Positions 16,280 to 28,295 of a stretch of 64,000 bases of DNA are shown here, piece after piece. Within the stretch, counting starts at the first letter, position 1. Each line of letters opens with the position of its first letter. The notes under the pieces are model-generated. The model saw nothing but the letters and a program-made list of their open reading frames with translations, ran no database searches and was not told where the DNA came from. Source of the DNA: Octopus vulgaris (lineage: Eukaryota); assembly GCA_951406725.2 (NCBI GenBank), contig OX597821.1, positions 64,790,001 to 64,854,000 on the forward strand. Direction: 5' to 3'. Made by a program: the position numbers and the translations under genes.

Positions 16280-16330
16280 AGCTTCTACAGGACTAGTACT
16301 GTTTCATTCAAGAGAAATCTTCAGGAAGCT
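16280..16330 (-). ncRNA. Type I hammerhead ribozyme (predicted intact core)
   Basis: - strand AGCUUC-CUGAAGA-UUUCUCUUGAAU-GAAA-CAG(UACUAGUC)CUG-UA-GAAGCU: 6-bp helix I, CUGANGA and GAAA core, helix III, GUA cleavage triplet; helix II weak. Confidence 0.75.
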
Positions 16331-17276
16331 ATTTAACAAGAATTGTATTAGCATTTATACATTTAGGCAGGTTTAAAGGAGTGGTGGTGGGGGACTTTTT
16401 TGGGGGTAGGCATAGCGCAAAATATCATACTTGGGGGAGTGGTCAAGGAGTCAGTGGTAAGTTAGATGAAAGAATAGATAAATAAAAAAATAAAATAATA
16501 AAATAAAAAAATAAAAAAATAAAAAAATAAAAAAATGAAATAAAATAAAAAAATAAAAAAATAAAAAAATAAAAAAATAAAAAAAATATATAAAAAATAT
16601 ATATATATGTATGTGTGTGTGTGTGTATATATGTATATGTGTTTGTATGTATATGTGTATATACGTATATGCATATGTATGTGTAAATGTATGTGTTCAT
16701 GTATGTGTATGTATGTATAAAATATTATATAATTAGGGCTTAGTAAAATAAAATAAATTACTTTGCCACATACTAAACTTTCTAGAAATAGCAGCCAAAT
16801 AAGTTTTTTAGCCTCTTCCACTACTTAGAGAATTTTTTTCCCTCTAACATTGTTTACTCAAAATAATAATGGTCCCTTTACATACTGAATACTTGGTGAA
16901 ATTGATTAATAACTAATTAACTTTACCCTCCCTTGTTGATATATATATATATGTATATGTGTACATGTATGTATATATGTGTGTGTGTGTATGTGTGTAT
17001 GTATGTATTTGTATATGTGTGTGTGTATATGTATGTGCGCGCGTGTGTGTGTATGTATGTGTATGTATATTTGTATATGTATATGCATGTATATATATGT
17101 GTGTGTATATGTGTATTATGTATGTATTTATATAGATATGTAATTTATATATATATGTATGTATATGCATCTGTCTGTGTGTGTGTATGTGTATATATGT
17201 GTATCATTATTGCGTATGTATACATGTATATGTGTATATGTATGTGTGTGTGTGTGTGTATATTTATATATGTATA

Positions 17277-17317
<41 letters not shown>

Positions 17318-17404
17318 ATGTACATGTATATATATGTGTGTGTATATGTATATATGTTTATATGTGAGTATGTAGAGATATAAGTATATGCATGTGTATA
17401 TATA

Positions 17405-17450
<46 letters not shown>

Positions 17451-18145
17451 GGTATGTGTATCAGTGTATATGTATATATGTATGTGTGTGTGTATGTATA
17501 TGTATGTATATGTGTATATATGTATGTGTATATGTGTATATATGTGTATATATATATATATATGTACGTATGTGTATGTGTATGTATATGTATGTGTGTA
17601 TGTATATGTATGTGTATATATGTATATATATGTATATATATATATATATATATATGAGTGCGCGTGTGTGTATGTATGCATATATGTATGTATGCATGTA
17701 TATGTGTATGTATATATGTGTGTAAGTGTGTGCATATATGTATATGTAAGTATGTGTGCGTGTATGAGTATGTATGTATGCTTGCACACGTGTATATATG
17801 TGTGTGTGTGTATATATATGGATGCGGGTGCGTGTGTGCACGTGTATGGGTACGCATGTATATGTGTATGTGCGTGTATGTGTATGTATGCATATATGTA
17901 TGTATGCATGTATATGTGTATGTATATATGTGTGTAAGTGTGTGCATATATGTATATGTAAGTATGTGTGCGTGTATGAGTATGTATGTATGCTTGTACA
18001 CGTGTATATATGTGTGTGTGTGTATATATATGGATGCACGTGCGTGTGTGCACGTGTATGGGTACGCATGTATATGTGTATGTGCGTGTATGCGTATACG
18101 TGTATGTATGTATGTGTGTGCGAATATTTGTATATGTATGTGTGA

Positions 18146-18184
<39 letters not shown>

Positions 18185-18388
18185 TGGGGGTGTGTGTATG
18201 CGTATAAATGCATGTAAGTATGGATGTATGGATGTATGTATGTATGTATACGTATGTATGTGTTTGTGTGTATATGTATGTATGTGTGTGTATGTGTGTA
18301 TATATATATATATATGTGTGTATATATGTTTGTGTATGTATATATATGTGTATGTATGTGTGTGTATATATATGTGTGTGTGTGTATG

Positions 18389-18443
<55 letters not shown>

Positions 18444-18849
18444 ATATATATATATAGGTATGTATCTGTATGTAGGAGTATATACGTGTGTGTGTGTATG
18501 TATATGTGTATATATATATATATGTATATTTATTGGTGTATATGTATAGACTAGCCTCCTAAAGTGTAGACACGAATCTGTAGGTACGAGTACGTATGTG
18601 TATATACGTGAACGTATGTAGATGTTTGTATGTATGAATATAACGCGTGCGTACGTGTATGTGTATGAGTGTACGAATGGGTGAATGTACGTGCTAACGA
18701 GTGTGCGTGCGGGAATGAGTACTTGCCTTCTAGTAGACAGACAAATGGACATGCTGCCATAGCCAGGATCCTTAGCTCTAGCGATCAAAGATAACAAAAG
18801 TAATAAATGAAGATAATAAAATTAAAATTAGGGAATGGGCCTGTATTGG

Positions 18850-18898
<49 letters not shown>

Positions 18899-19325
18899 GT
18901 GTATGTGTAGGTATGTATAGGTACACATGTGTATGTGTGTGTGTATGTATATGTGTATATGTATGTATGTGCACACATGTGTATATGTATGTGTGCGTGT
19001 ATATGTATATATATATATATGTATGTGTATGTGGGTGTATGTATATATAGGTGTAAATATGTGTATATAGGGAACTAGGTGTGTTGTGTGTGCATGAGTG
19101 TATGTGCGTATGAATATATATTTTTCTGTGTATATATGTATGTGTGGTCGTGTGTATATATATACATGTGTGTATGCGTGCATGCATGGGAGCGAGTGTA
19201 TGCATATATACGTGTGTGTATGTGTAGACAGGTATATGCATGTGCATGTGTATAAATTTGTATATGTGGGCGGGTGTATGTATGTGTGTATGTAGATATG
19301 TATGTGTATGTGTATATATGTATAA

Positions 19326-19378
<53 letters not shown>

Positions 19379-19743
19379 TATATATATGTGTTAGATACGT
19401 ATACATGTGTGTATAGGTACAAGTGAGAATCTCCTTATTTACCTATAACTCTATCCCCCCTTTTTTTATATATATATTTTTTTATATATATATTTTTTAT
19501 ATATATTTTTTATTTTTTATTTTATTTTTTATTTTATTTCATTTTTTTATTTTTTTATTTTTTTATTTTTTTATTTTATTATTTTATTTTTTTATTTATC
19601 TATTCTTTCATCTAACTTACCACTGACTCCTTGACCACTCCCCCAAGTATGATATTTTATATGCCTACCCCCAAAAAAGTCCCCCACCACTACTCCTTTA
19701 AACCTGCCTAAATGTATAAATGCTAATACAATTCTTGTTAAAT

Positions 19744-19793
19744 AGCTTCCTGAAGATTTCTCTTGAATGAAACAGTACTAGTCCTGTAAAGCT
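19744..19793 (+). ncRNA. Type I hammerhead ribozyme copy with 1-nt deletion next to the cleavage site
   Basis: agcttc ctgaaga tttctcttgaat gaaa cag tactagtc ctg ta aagct: identical to 16280-16330 except loss of the first G of the 3' helix I strand. Confidence 0.65.
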
Positions 19794-19804
19794 CCTTCTA
19801 TATA

Positions 19805-19860
<56 letters not shown>

Positions 19861-19982
19861 CGGAGATGTACTTGATCTGAGATTGTGTGCTGAAACATAA
19901 ATAATTGCAGCTTCGTCGTCGCTTTGAAACCGCGAAGCGACGAAAATATTTTGACAATTCAAATTTTGAAGTGAATCTAACG

Positions 19983-20023
<41 letters not shown>

Positions 20024-20024
20024 T

Positions 20025-20152
20025 ACGACGGTCTTGTTTCAGCTTCCGTCTCCCAAATCCACTAACAACCACTAATCGGCCACAGTGGGAGACTGAACCC
20101 GGAACCATGTGTTTGGAAATTAAGCTTCTTATGACACAGCCACCCACACCTG
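20025..20152 (-). mobile_element. SINE family A, 5' part
   Basis: - strand gcaggtgtgggtggctgtgt...catggttccgggttcagtctcccactg...ggatttgggagacggaagctgaaac. Confidence 0.75.
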
Positions 20153-20639
20153 CTGATGTAATGTAATATATGAGAAAATAAGTATTTAAAACTTTAATTG
20201 CTGCAATGCTTTTACGTAATATTCCGGGTGAAAGTAATGCGTAATAATGCAAGGAACAATATTTTAGAATAAGTAAATAAGTAGACCAGTTTACAGACTT
20301 TGAGAATCTTTGCAATGCTGTTTATTATTTATGCCTAAATTAAATGTTGTTAAAATATCTATAGAGCAGGTAATTTGAGTTAGAATTAATATAACTATTA
20401 ATAATTAATTTTATTTTATTTCATATAGTGTGTAAAAATCCTGACGTCAAAAGTTACTTTGTGAAATATTGAAAAAAATTACATTAACTAAGTAAATAAC
20501 TTAAACCATTAAATTAGATAAATATTATAATAATGAACAGAAGACAGATAATGGAGAAAGGTTGTAGAAAAACGTGGAAAATATAGAGATATATCGAATT
20601 ACATTTCTGGAGAAGTAGAAATAACACAACGTAGCATAT

Positions 20640-20890
20640 CAAACTAGGAGGCAGGAAATGTAAATATTTATTCGATTAAATAATTAAGAAAATAGAAGGT
20701 AATGTCTGGCGGTAGATATTTGGAATTTTGGAGAAGAGAGAATTTTAAATAGTTCGAGACATATGGAAAATTGTTGAATGAAATATATTGAAATTGTTAA
20801 TGTAGTCTTTCATCATGATTAGAAGAAGAGATGAATAAAAGTTACATAAAGGTGGATATTTGGTTGGCACAGACAAAAGTGAAGTATTAT
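20640..20890 (+). pseudogene. Possible Merlin/IS1595(ISXO2)-like transposase relic
   Basis: Translation KLGGRKCKYLFD*...*IFGILEKRE resembles the KIGG..VEIDE...WVFGGIER pattern; heavily decayed. Confidence 0.35.
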
Positions 20891-21139
20891 ATGAATAAAT
20901 ACGTAAATAGATTCGTTTAAAGGTTAAACAGATTCGTTCAATTCTCTCGTATGCTTCCGCTTCACACGAAATTGTATGTTAACGTACGGGTCTAATTTTA
21001 AAGGTAAAGTGAATGATACAATTTAACGATACTTGATTAAACAAACAACAAAATATGAACATATTTCGTTTTTGGATTTGGTTTGCAAGATTCTTTATAT
21101 GAGTTCGTGTGTTGAAGCATATTCTGTTGTGTCTCACGA

Positions 21140-21355
21140 ACCCTATCTTTCTGATCAGAAAGATAGGGTTCGTGCATACAGGGAGACGAGAAAGAAATTA
21201 GATAACATTATACGTAATGATACCAGTGGTACCTGCCCTAGATATAGAAACAAAGAATGGAATAGAATACAAAGAACTTGTGACAAAGCAAACAGGGCGA
21301 ACACGTGGTATAAAACCGACAAATATCAAGGAGTGATGTTTGTAGAGGCCACACA
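21140..21355 (+). pseudogene. Penelope-like element RT C-terminal/linker fragment
   Basis: KKLDNIIRNDTSGTCPRYRNKEWNRIQRTCDKANRANTWYKTDKYQGVMFVEAT fits the D..G..P.YR...W....R...K....WY.....V.FV..T pattern of PLE polyproteins; ends in a microsatellite. Confidence 0.6.
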
Positions 21356-21785
21356 TACATGTGCACACACATATATACATACATATATACATATGCATAC
21401 ACACACATATATACATACACATGCAAACACACACACACATACATACGTACATGCATGCATGTATAGGCGCGCGCCCACACACACACACTGACCCACATAC
21501 ATGCGCACAAACAAACAAAAGGGAACGCAGTGTAAATAACGGACAGAGTCCAAACTATTAAAGAGGTTGCAACACGCAACGAAAATTTTAGAAAGTAAAA
21601 ATAAGAAATAAGTGGAATTTTTACCTGTGGCTGTGTTAAATAATAAGGCACAAAAAGAAAATGACTCTCCCCAGACACAACAAAATATGAACAGATTTAT
21701 AGAAACTAATGTGAAATGGAGGATACACAGGCAAGGGTCATTTTGATAAATAATAAATATAAAAAATTATTGAAAAATATAGATA

Positions 21786-22127
21786 GGCTGTGTGGTAAGA
21801 AGCGTGACAATTTGAGCAAGTGTCTTCTATTATAGCCTCCGGCCGACCAAAGACTTGTGAGTAGATTTGGTAGACGGAAACTGAAGGAAGCCCGTCGTAT
21901 ATATATTTTTTCACTTTCTTTTTCAATATGTGACCGCGACTGTATCGTTAGCGATTTTCTTTCTCCGTCTCCCCTTCGTTGGACCTTTCCTTTTTCTATG
22001 TTCCTGGCGAAGAACTCCGCCCGAAACGTAATATCTCCTTCTTTCTTTCCTCTCCTGAGCGTCCAATAACACTATACTTGTTCCACGTCCTAGCGTTGTT
22101 GTGTTTCCTCTTTGTTCATGTTTGGAT

Positions 22128-22159
<32 letters not shown>

Positions 22160-22176
22160 GATATATAGATATATAG

Positions 22177-22225
<49 letters not shown>

Positions 22226-22372
22226 CGTATGTGAGTACGTATGTGTTTGTGTGTCTGTGTTTGTCCCCCCACCATCGCTTGACAACCGATATAGGTGTGT
22301 TTATGTCCCTGTAAAGAAGCTCCAGCATGGTCGCAGACAGATGACTGAAAGAAGTAGAAGAATAAAAAAAAG
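21786..22372 (+). mobile_element. SINE family A split by an inserted pLTR
   Basis: 5' half 21786-21900 (ggctgtgtggtaag...ttggtagacggaaactgaaggaagcccgtcg), 3' half 22250-22372. Confidence 0.8.
21930..22132 (+). mobile_element. Second pLTR family with degenerate minimal hammerhead
   Basis: CTGGCGA AGAACTCCGCCC GAAA CGTA at 22004-22030, pyrimidine-rich body ending in (TA)n. Confidence 0.55.
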
Positions 22373-22689
22373 AATACTGCTTAATGACTTCGTACTAACG
22401 CATGTCTACGTGTTTGTTTGTAGGAAATAAAATAAGGCTTTGTTACAAGCTACAGATGCTGTTTTATTGCATGTTTGTATGTATGCTGGGTTATGCAGAA
22501 ATGAATGAAAGTCACTTCATTTTAATCGTTTTAACCATTTTTCATAGCAAACCATGCAAGAGATGTAAAAATTAGACTTTATTTTATGATGTTTCTTTCT
22601 GCATAATCTATCTTTATTATAATTCGTACCTTTTGGTCTTCATTCATAACTTTGAAGGTAAAATTTCAAACCTTCGCTACATTTACTTC

Positions 22690-24090
22690 TATGAATTTGA
22701 ACTCAACCAAGTGTTGGGCATAAGAAACCTTGTCAGATGCACAATGTTATGTTCAAAAAAAATTCCGTCCGGCTGAACTATCCTTGAAGATAGGGAACGC
22801 CTCAGAAATTTCTCTGCCAATGATAGCGAAAAAGATTTGGTTGAAGCAAACCCTCGTACTTGTGTCGAGAGCTTGCAGTAAAGATAGATGCAAGCTTTGG
22901 AACATTGTCTGAACATTTAAACCAAATTGGAAAATTGAAGAAACTCGAAAATTGGAGCCACACGAATTTAACGAAAACCAAAAACATCCGATTACGAAGT
23001 TTCTTTTATGCTCCTAATGCGTAAAAAAAAAAATGGCACGACCAAATTTTCGATCGACGATCGGTGTACCCTAAAAAGAGCATCCTATGCTACAAGCAAT
23101 ATCATACAGTTTAGTGACGAAACATACTAAACTTTTTCTACAACCGAGGTTGCATTAAAAGGAAGTTGTAGCGATTGTTTGGTTATTTGCAGGCGCATTA
23201 ATCCATTTTAGCTTTCTGAATCCAGGAGAAATTGTTGAATGTGACAAGTGATGTCACAAATTTTATGCAATAAATAAATATTGGTTTCAAATTTGGGTAC
23301 AAGGCCAGCACTTTAAGGGGAGGGGCAACGTCGAATTCATCGACCCGACTTCGCAGCTGGTACTAATTTTGTTGACGCCGGAGGGATGAACGGCGAAGTC
23401 GACGTCGGCAGAATTTTAGTTCATACAGTAAAGAAGGACGAAATGCTGCTCAGCGTATTTCCCGGTGTGCTAACGATTTTTATTTCTTTACTGTCCACAA
23501 GGGGATAGACACAGAGGGGACAAATGAGGACAGACAAGCGGATTAAATCGATGATATCGACCCCAGTGCGTAATTGGTACATATTTAATCGACCCCGAAA
23601 GGATGAAAGGCAAAGTCGACCTCGGCGGAATTTGGACACAGAACGTAGCGGCAGACGAAATACCACTTAGAATTTCGCCCGGCATGCTAACGATTCTGCC
23701 AGCACGCTACCGTATGAAATGCATAAATATTTAGTGCTTACTTCCAGCATAGGTCAACAGAGAATGCCCAATCATCTAACACATCAATATTATTGCCACA
23801 CGTCGCAAAATTTGGGGAATTAGGCAACGAAAATGCTTCATCGTTTATATTCAATCTACTACTTTCAATCATTTCGACATCTTGCAAGAAAAAGATTTTC
23901 ACCGATTAAACAACCTCAAAAATGATTTCAAAGGATTAGCTGCTTTGAAAACTTCAGAATTATATGGTTCTGGGAAAAGTAAACTTGAATCTTCTTGGCA
24001 AGAATAATGCGTAACGTAATAAGTAATGATTTCTATTTCGATAATAAAGTATAACGTGAAGTGAGATATAGTTTTAAAATAATGGTTGAT
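22690..24090 (+). pseudogene. mariner transposase relic interrupted by SINE B cluster
   Basis: KKFR..ELSLED, HLNQIGKLKKLENW.PHEL, VWLFAGALIHFSFLNPGE, resuming after ~23712 with EMH...LVNR; many stops. Confidence 0.7.
23281..23712 (-). mobile_element. Compound SINE family B (two abutting copies)
   Basis: Two gtcgac(c/g)tcggc..aatt units; tail ccacaaggggatagacacagaggggacaaa. Confidence 0.85.
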
Positions 24091-24161
24091 TCATTAATTT
24101 CTGAACCACTCTATCTCTTTCTCTCTCTCTCTCTTTCTCTCTTATTCTCTCTATTGCTCTA

Positions 24162-24255
<94 letters not shown>

Positions 24256-24480
24256 GTATGTATGTATCTATGTATATATGGGTGTGTGTGCGCATTTGTT
24301 CATATGGGAGTGTTTATATCTATGCATACATATGTATCACTCACATACACACACACAGACACACATGCGCGCACATACACACAGACACATACACACACAG
24401 AAGAGAGAAAGAGAGAGAGAGGTACTTTAAAAATACGCGAATAAAAGCAATATATTTGTACGTCTGTATATATATGTGTA

Positions 24481-24554
<74 letters not shown>

Positions 24555-25584
24555 CAGTAATAGCTATATATATGAAGAAAGATTTTGCATATAAATACCT
24601 GGATACGTAAAAAATACAAATGAACGCAGGTAAATGTGTGTTAACGTAAGGATGAGATAGAACCGTTAATGGAAATAGAATGGAAGCCTAAATGGTGCTA
24701 AAGGGTACAAAACGGTAAAAAGTAGATCAAGAATTAGAAGAGGGGTAATAGAACCCGGATATCGGAAAAAAAATTCAACTTAGACATAAAAAATATAAGA
24801 AAAATACGGCATTAATAATGGATTTATATAGCAGAAGTTATGATTGCGTAGAATTCATCTACTTAGGTGGGAAATAAAAATATAAATACTTAAAGAAATG
24901 TATACCAAACTTTAATGAAAAGTAGAACATTGTATATGATATGTAACACACATATTTCTTTTTCTGTCTTTCTGTCTGTCTCTATCTTTCTCTTCTTTCT
25001 TCCTGCCCTGAATTCCATCCGTTTGTTTTAATACATGTTTGTATATTATCCTACTTTACCATTCATATTTATTCTTTCTACATTGTATGATACTTACTAT
25101 ATTTCAAATCTCTTGACATAAAAATGATTCCTTCTTCATAGTTAGAAAAGCTAACTTCGGTTGAAGTGTGAAAGTTACTGTCAAGTCTTTTTAAATATAC
25201 TTTCATTCTTCTCCAAGAATTGTGTATTCTTCGTTCAATAAATACTGGTTAAAATAAGCTATACAATAACTACATTATTGTGTGTCTATTCTAGTTTCCA
25301 TAACTTTATCGCCAGAGGTGTGCCGTACCATTTAAAATCGTATATATTGTAGGTCTCTCATTATAGTAACGAATCATAATATTTCCTGTACAACTTCCTA
25401 TATATGATTTGATAAATACTATGATGGTCAGAATGTAAAACAGTTTCACAAACTCTGTTTTGGCTTTAGATTTTGTGTACATGTACCGACACTGGATTTT
25501 GAAAACATTCTTCGTTAACTTGATTTCTCCTAGAAATATTTACAAATATCGAATTGCATTTATATCACTTCTTTAGTGTTAAAG

Positions 25585-25616
<32 letters not shown>

Positions 25617-25619
25617 CGT

Positions 25620-25745
25620 ACAAATTTACAGAAAAGAAAAAAGACGAAGACAGGTGAAGGAACAACAAGCAGACGTGTATTAGTATAGCGCTTGAGAAGA
25701 ATGGAAAAGTCTTTGATGTTTTGAGCCTACGCACTTCGTCAGAGA
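25620..25745 (-). mobile_element. pLTR fragment with CpG-decayed minimal hammerhead
   Basis: - strand TCT CTGACGA AGTGCGTAGGCTC AAAA CA TC AAAG (GAAACGTC mutated to AAAACATC). Confidence 0.6.
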
Positions 25746-25751
25746 CAATTG

Positions 25752-25968
25752 AGAGGGGCTACACACAGAGGAGACAAACAAGGACAGACAAACGGATTAA
25801 GTCGATTACATCGACCCCAGTGCGTAACTGGTACTTAATTTATCGACCCCGAAAGGATGAAAGGCAAAGTCGACCTCGGCGGAATTTGAACTCGGAACGT
25901 AGCGGCAGACGAAATAACGCTAAGCATTTCGCCCGACGCGTTAAAGTTTCTGCCAGCTCACCGCCTTT
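25752..25968 (-). mobile_element. SINE family B, full length
   Basis: ggggctacacacagaggagacaaacaagg...gaaaggatgaaaggcaaagtcgacctcggcggaatttgaactc...ccagctcaccgcctt. Confidence 0.9.
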
Positions 25969-26689
25969 AGTTATATATCTGTTATTTCTAGCAAGGTTAA
26001 TGACCACACAAATTCTTCGCTGTTTCGTTAAGGCTATTTTTATGTAATTAAGTGTATGACAGAACGTGTAAAGCAATAATCCAAATCTCTAATGTTTGAA
26101 TTCAAATCCTGCCTATTTGTGTTTGCCTTACATCGGTCTGGTGCGGTTAAAATAAGTAACAGTTATACAGTGGATCGATATAACCGACTGCGTTTTCCTC
26201 TAAATTTATTACCCAGTGTCGATGTTAAAAATCAATCTTTCAGCATGACCACATGGAACCAGTAAAACAGCAAAGTAGAGTTGTTATTTATTTTAGCTGC
26301 TTTTAACTTGAGCAATCAATATTGATCAACAGAATAAATCTTTGAACAGTTTGCTGAAATTAAAGGAATTTCTCTTTCAACCCCAAATAAAAAGGACCTC
26401 TGTGTCGTTTTCTCTCACCCTTGTTCAACATCAAAACTCAACACTAAATTTCTCAAAATCTCTCAACGCCATGGTTTAATCACCATTAGTTCATTCTTTC
26501 TTAAACCATTTCATATCGGTTTTCTACCACCTCCATTCCGGTATTGGCCTTCATCGACCATCACCTAGTAGAACAGATGCATTGCCTTCTTTTCTTAAAT
26601 ACGATAAACAGCGTCTCATACGTTTCTTCAACGCGTGGTGAAGTATTTCATCCTAAGTACTTTGGTGACGAATGTTTAAGTCTGTTCTC

Positions 26690-27757
26690 TCTCTCTCTCC
26701 CCCTCTCTCTATTTCTTTTTTCTATCTATTTATATATTTATCTTTATTTATCTGTCTACCTCTCTGTCTTTCTATCTTTCTATCTATCACTCAATCTATC
26801 TATCTATTAATATATCTATCCCTCCTCTCTCACTCTCTCTCTCTCTCTCTATCTATCTGTATGTCTGTCTGTCTCTCTCTCTCCCTCTCTATCTATCTAT
26901 CTGTCTATCTGTCTACATGTCTGTCTGTCTGTCTCTTTCTCTCTCTCTCTCTCTCTAATAATATATATATATATATATATAATCATTTATTTGTTTACCT
27001 GTCTGTCTTTCAATCCTTCTATCTATCTCTCAATCTATAAGTCTGTCTATTAATCTATCTATCTAGCTATTTATCTGTCTATCTGTCTGTCTATATGTCT
27101 ATCTGTCTGTCCAGCTGTCTATCTACGCATCGCTTCTCTTTCTCTCTATCAATCTATCATATATCTACCAAAATATCTAGCATCCAAGTCTCTTCAGTAA
27201 ACTCAGCATTTTCTGTTATATCATCCGAAATTCTCTCTCACTACCCGCATTCTATTTTATATCATTTCTCAACAGTTTTACTGATATTTTGGGCCATCGG
27301 TAACTACTTCATCTAGTCAGCATTATTCCGGGAATGTAAGTGTTCTGAGAGATTTCAACAGTTTTCTATTCCCTTATGCCAAAGCCTACTGATTTAAAAT
27401 CCAAAGCATATCCTTTTCAAACAACATCTATGAGATTATTCAGTTTCTAATCGATTCACCTTTCTGAATACATTTAATCACCAGTAACTTCCTTGTTTTA
27501 AAATTCCATGAACGAGTCTTCTGGTCCCATGTCCGCGATACTGATGTCAGTTCACGCCTACTCACATCCAGGACAACATCTTCTGAACATGCTATATGTA
27601 TGTTTACTTAAACTTCAGCCGCACTCTTCGGTCACTCGTTCATCAACTCTCTCTCCGACTCCCTTCCTTTCTCGCTCTATTATCACTTCGTTTGTTTGCT
27701 TTTTCGTTTTCTCTTCCCCTCCCTTCATTCTTCCCCCTTCCCACCCTCTATCTATCC

Positions 27758-27826
<69 letters not shown>

Positions 27827-28016
27827 CCTACCTACCTACCTATCTATTTATCTATCTATCTATCTACCTACCTAACTATCTACCTACCTATCTATCCATC
27901 CATCCATCCATCCATCCATTCATTCATCCATCTATCTATCTATCTATCTACCTACCTATCTATTTATATATTTATCTATCTATCATTCTACCTATCTACC
28001 TACGTATCTATCTATA

Positions 28017-28076
<60 letters not shown>

Positions 28077-28155
28077 CATCCATCCGTCTATCCATATATC
28101 TACCTATCTACGCATCTATCTATTTACCTATCTACCTATCTACCTACCTACCTAC

Positions 28156-28195
<40 letters not shown>

Positions 28196-28295
28196 ATCTA
28201 TCTATCTATCTACCTACCTACCTACCTATCCATCCATCCATCTATCCATCCATCTATCCATCCATCCATCCATCCATCTATCTATCTATCGATCG
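26690..28295. repeat. Two degenerate (CT)/(TATC)/(TACC)/(CATC) tracts (26690-27170, 27750-28295)
   Basis: Direct reading of sequence. Confidence 0.9.

Larger units (their letters stand above)
16196..19810 (-). mobile_element. Non-autonomous Penelope/retrozyme-like element with inverted terminal repeats and hammerhead motifs
   Basis: ~16263-16600 is the reverse complement of ~19470-19810; both arms contain a hammerhead motif followed by AATAAA; (TA)n on both flanks; interior is strand-biased TG/TATG degenerate microsatellite with short unique islands. Confidence 0.7.

Noticed and set aside
17264-18797. Long YI/HT/CV-rich ORFs (up to 479 aa) and similar ORFs throughout the window
   Set aside because: Alternating purine-pyrimidine microsatellites lack stop codons by composition
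19905-19945. GC-rich hairpin ttcgtcg...cgacgaa (Helitron end or terminator?)
   Set aside because: No CTRR terminus at the expected distance; eukaryotic context makes a rho-independent terminator irrelevant
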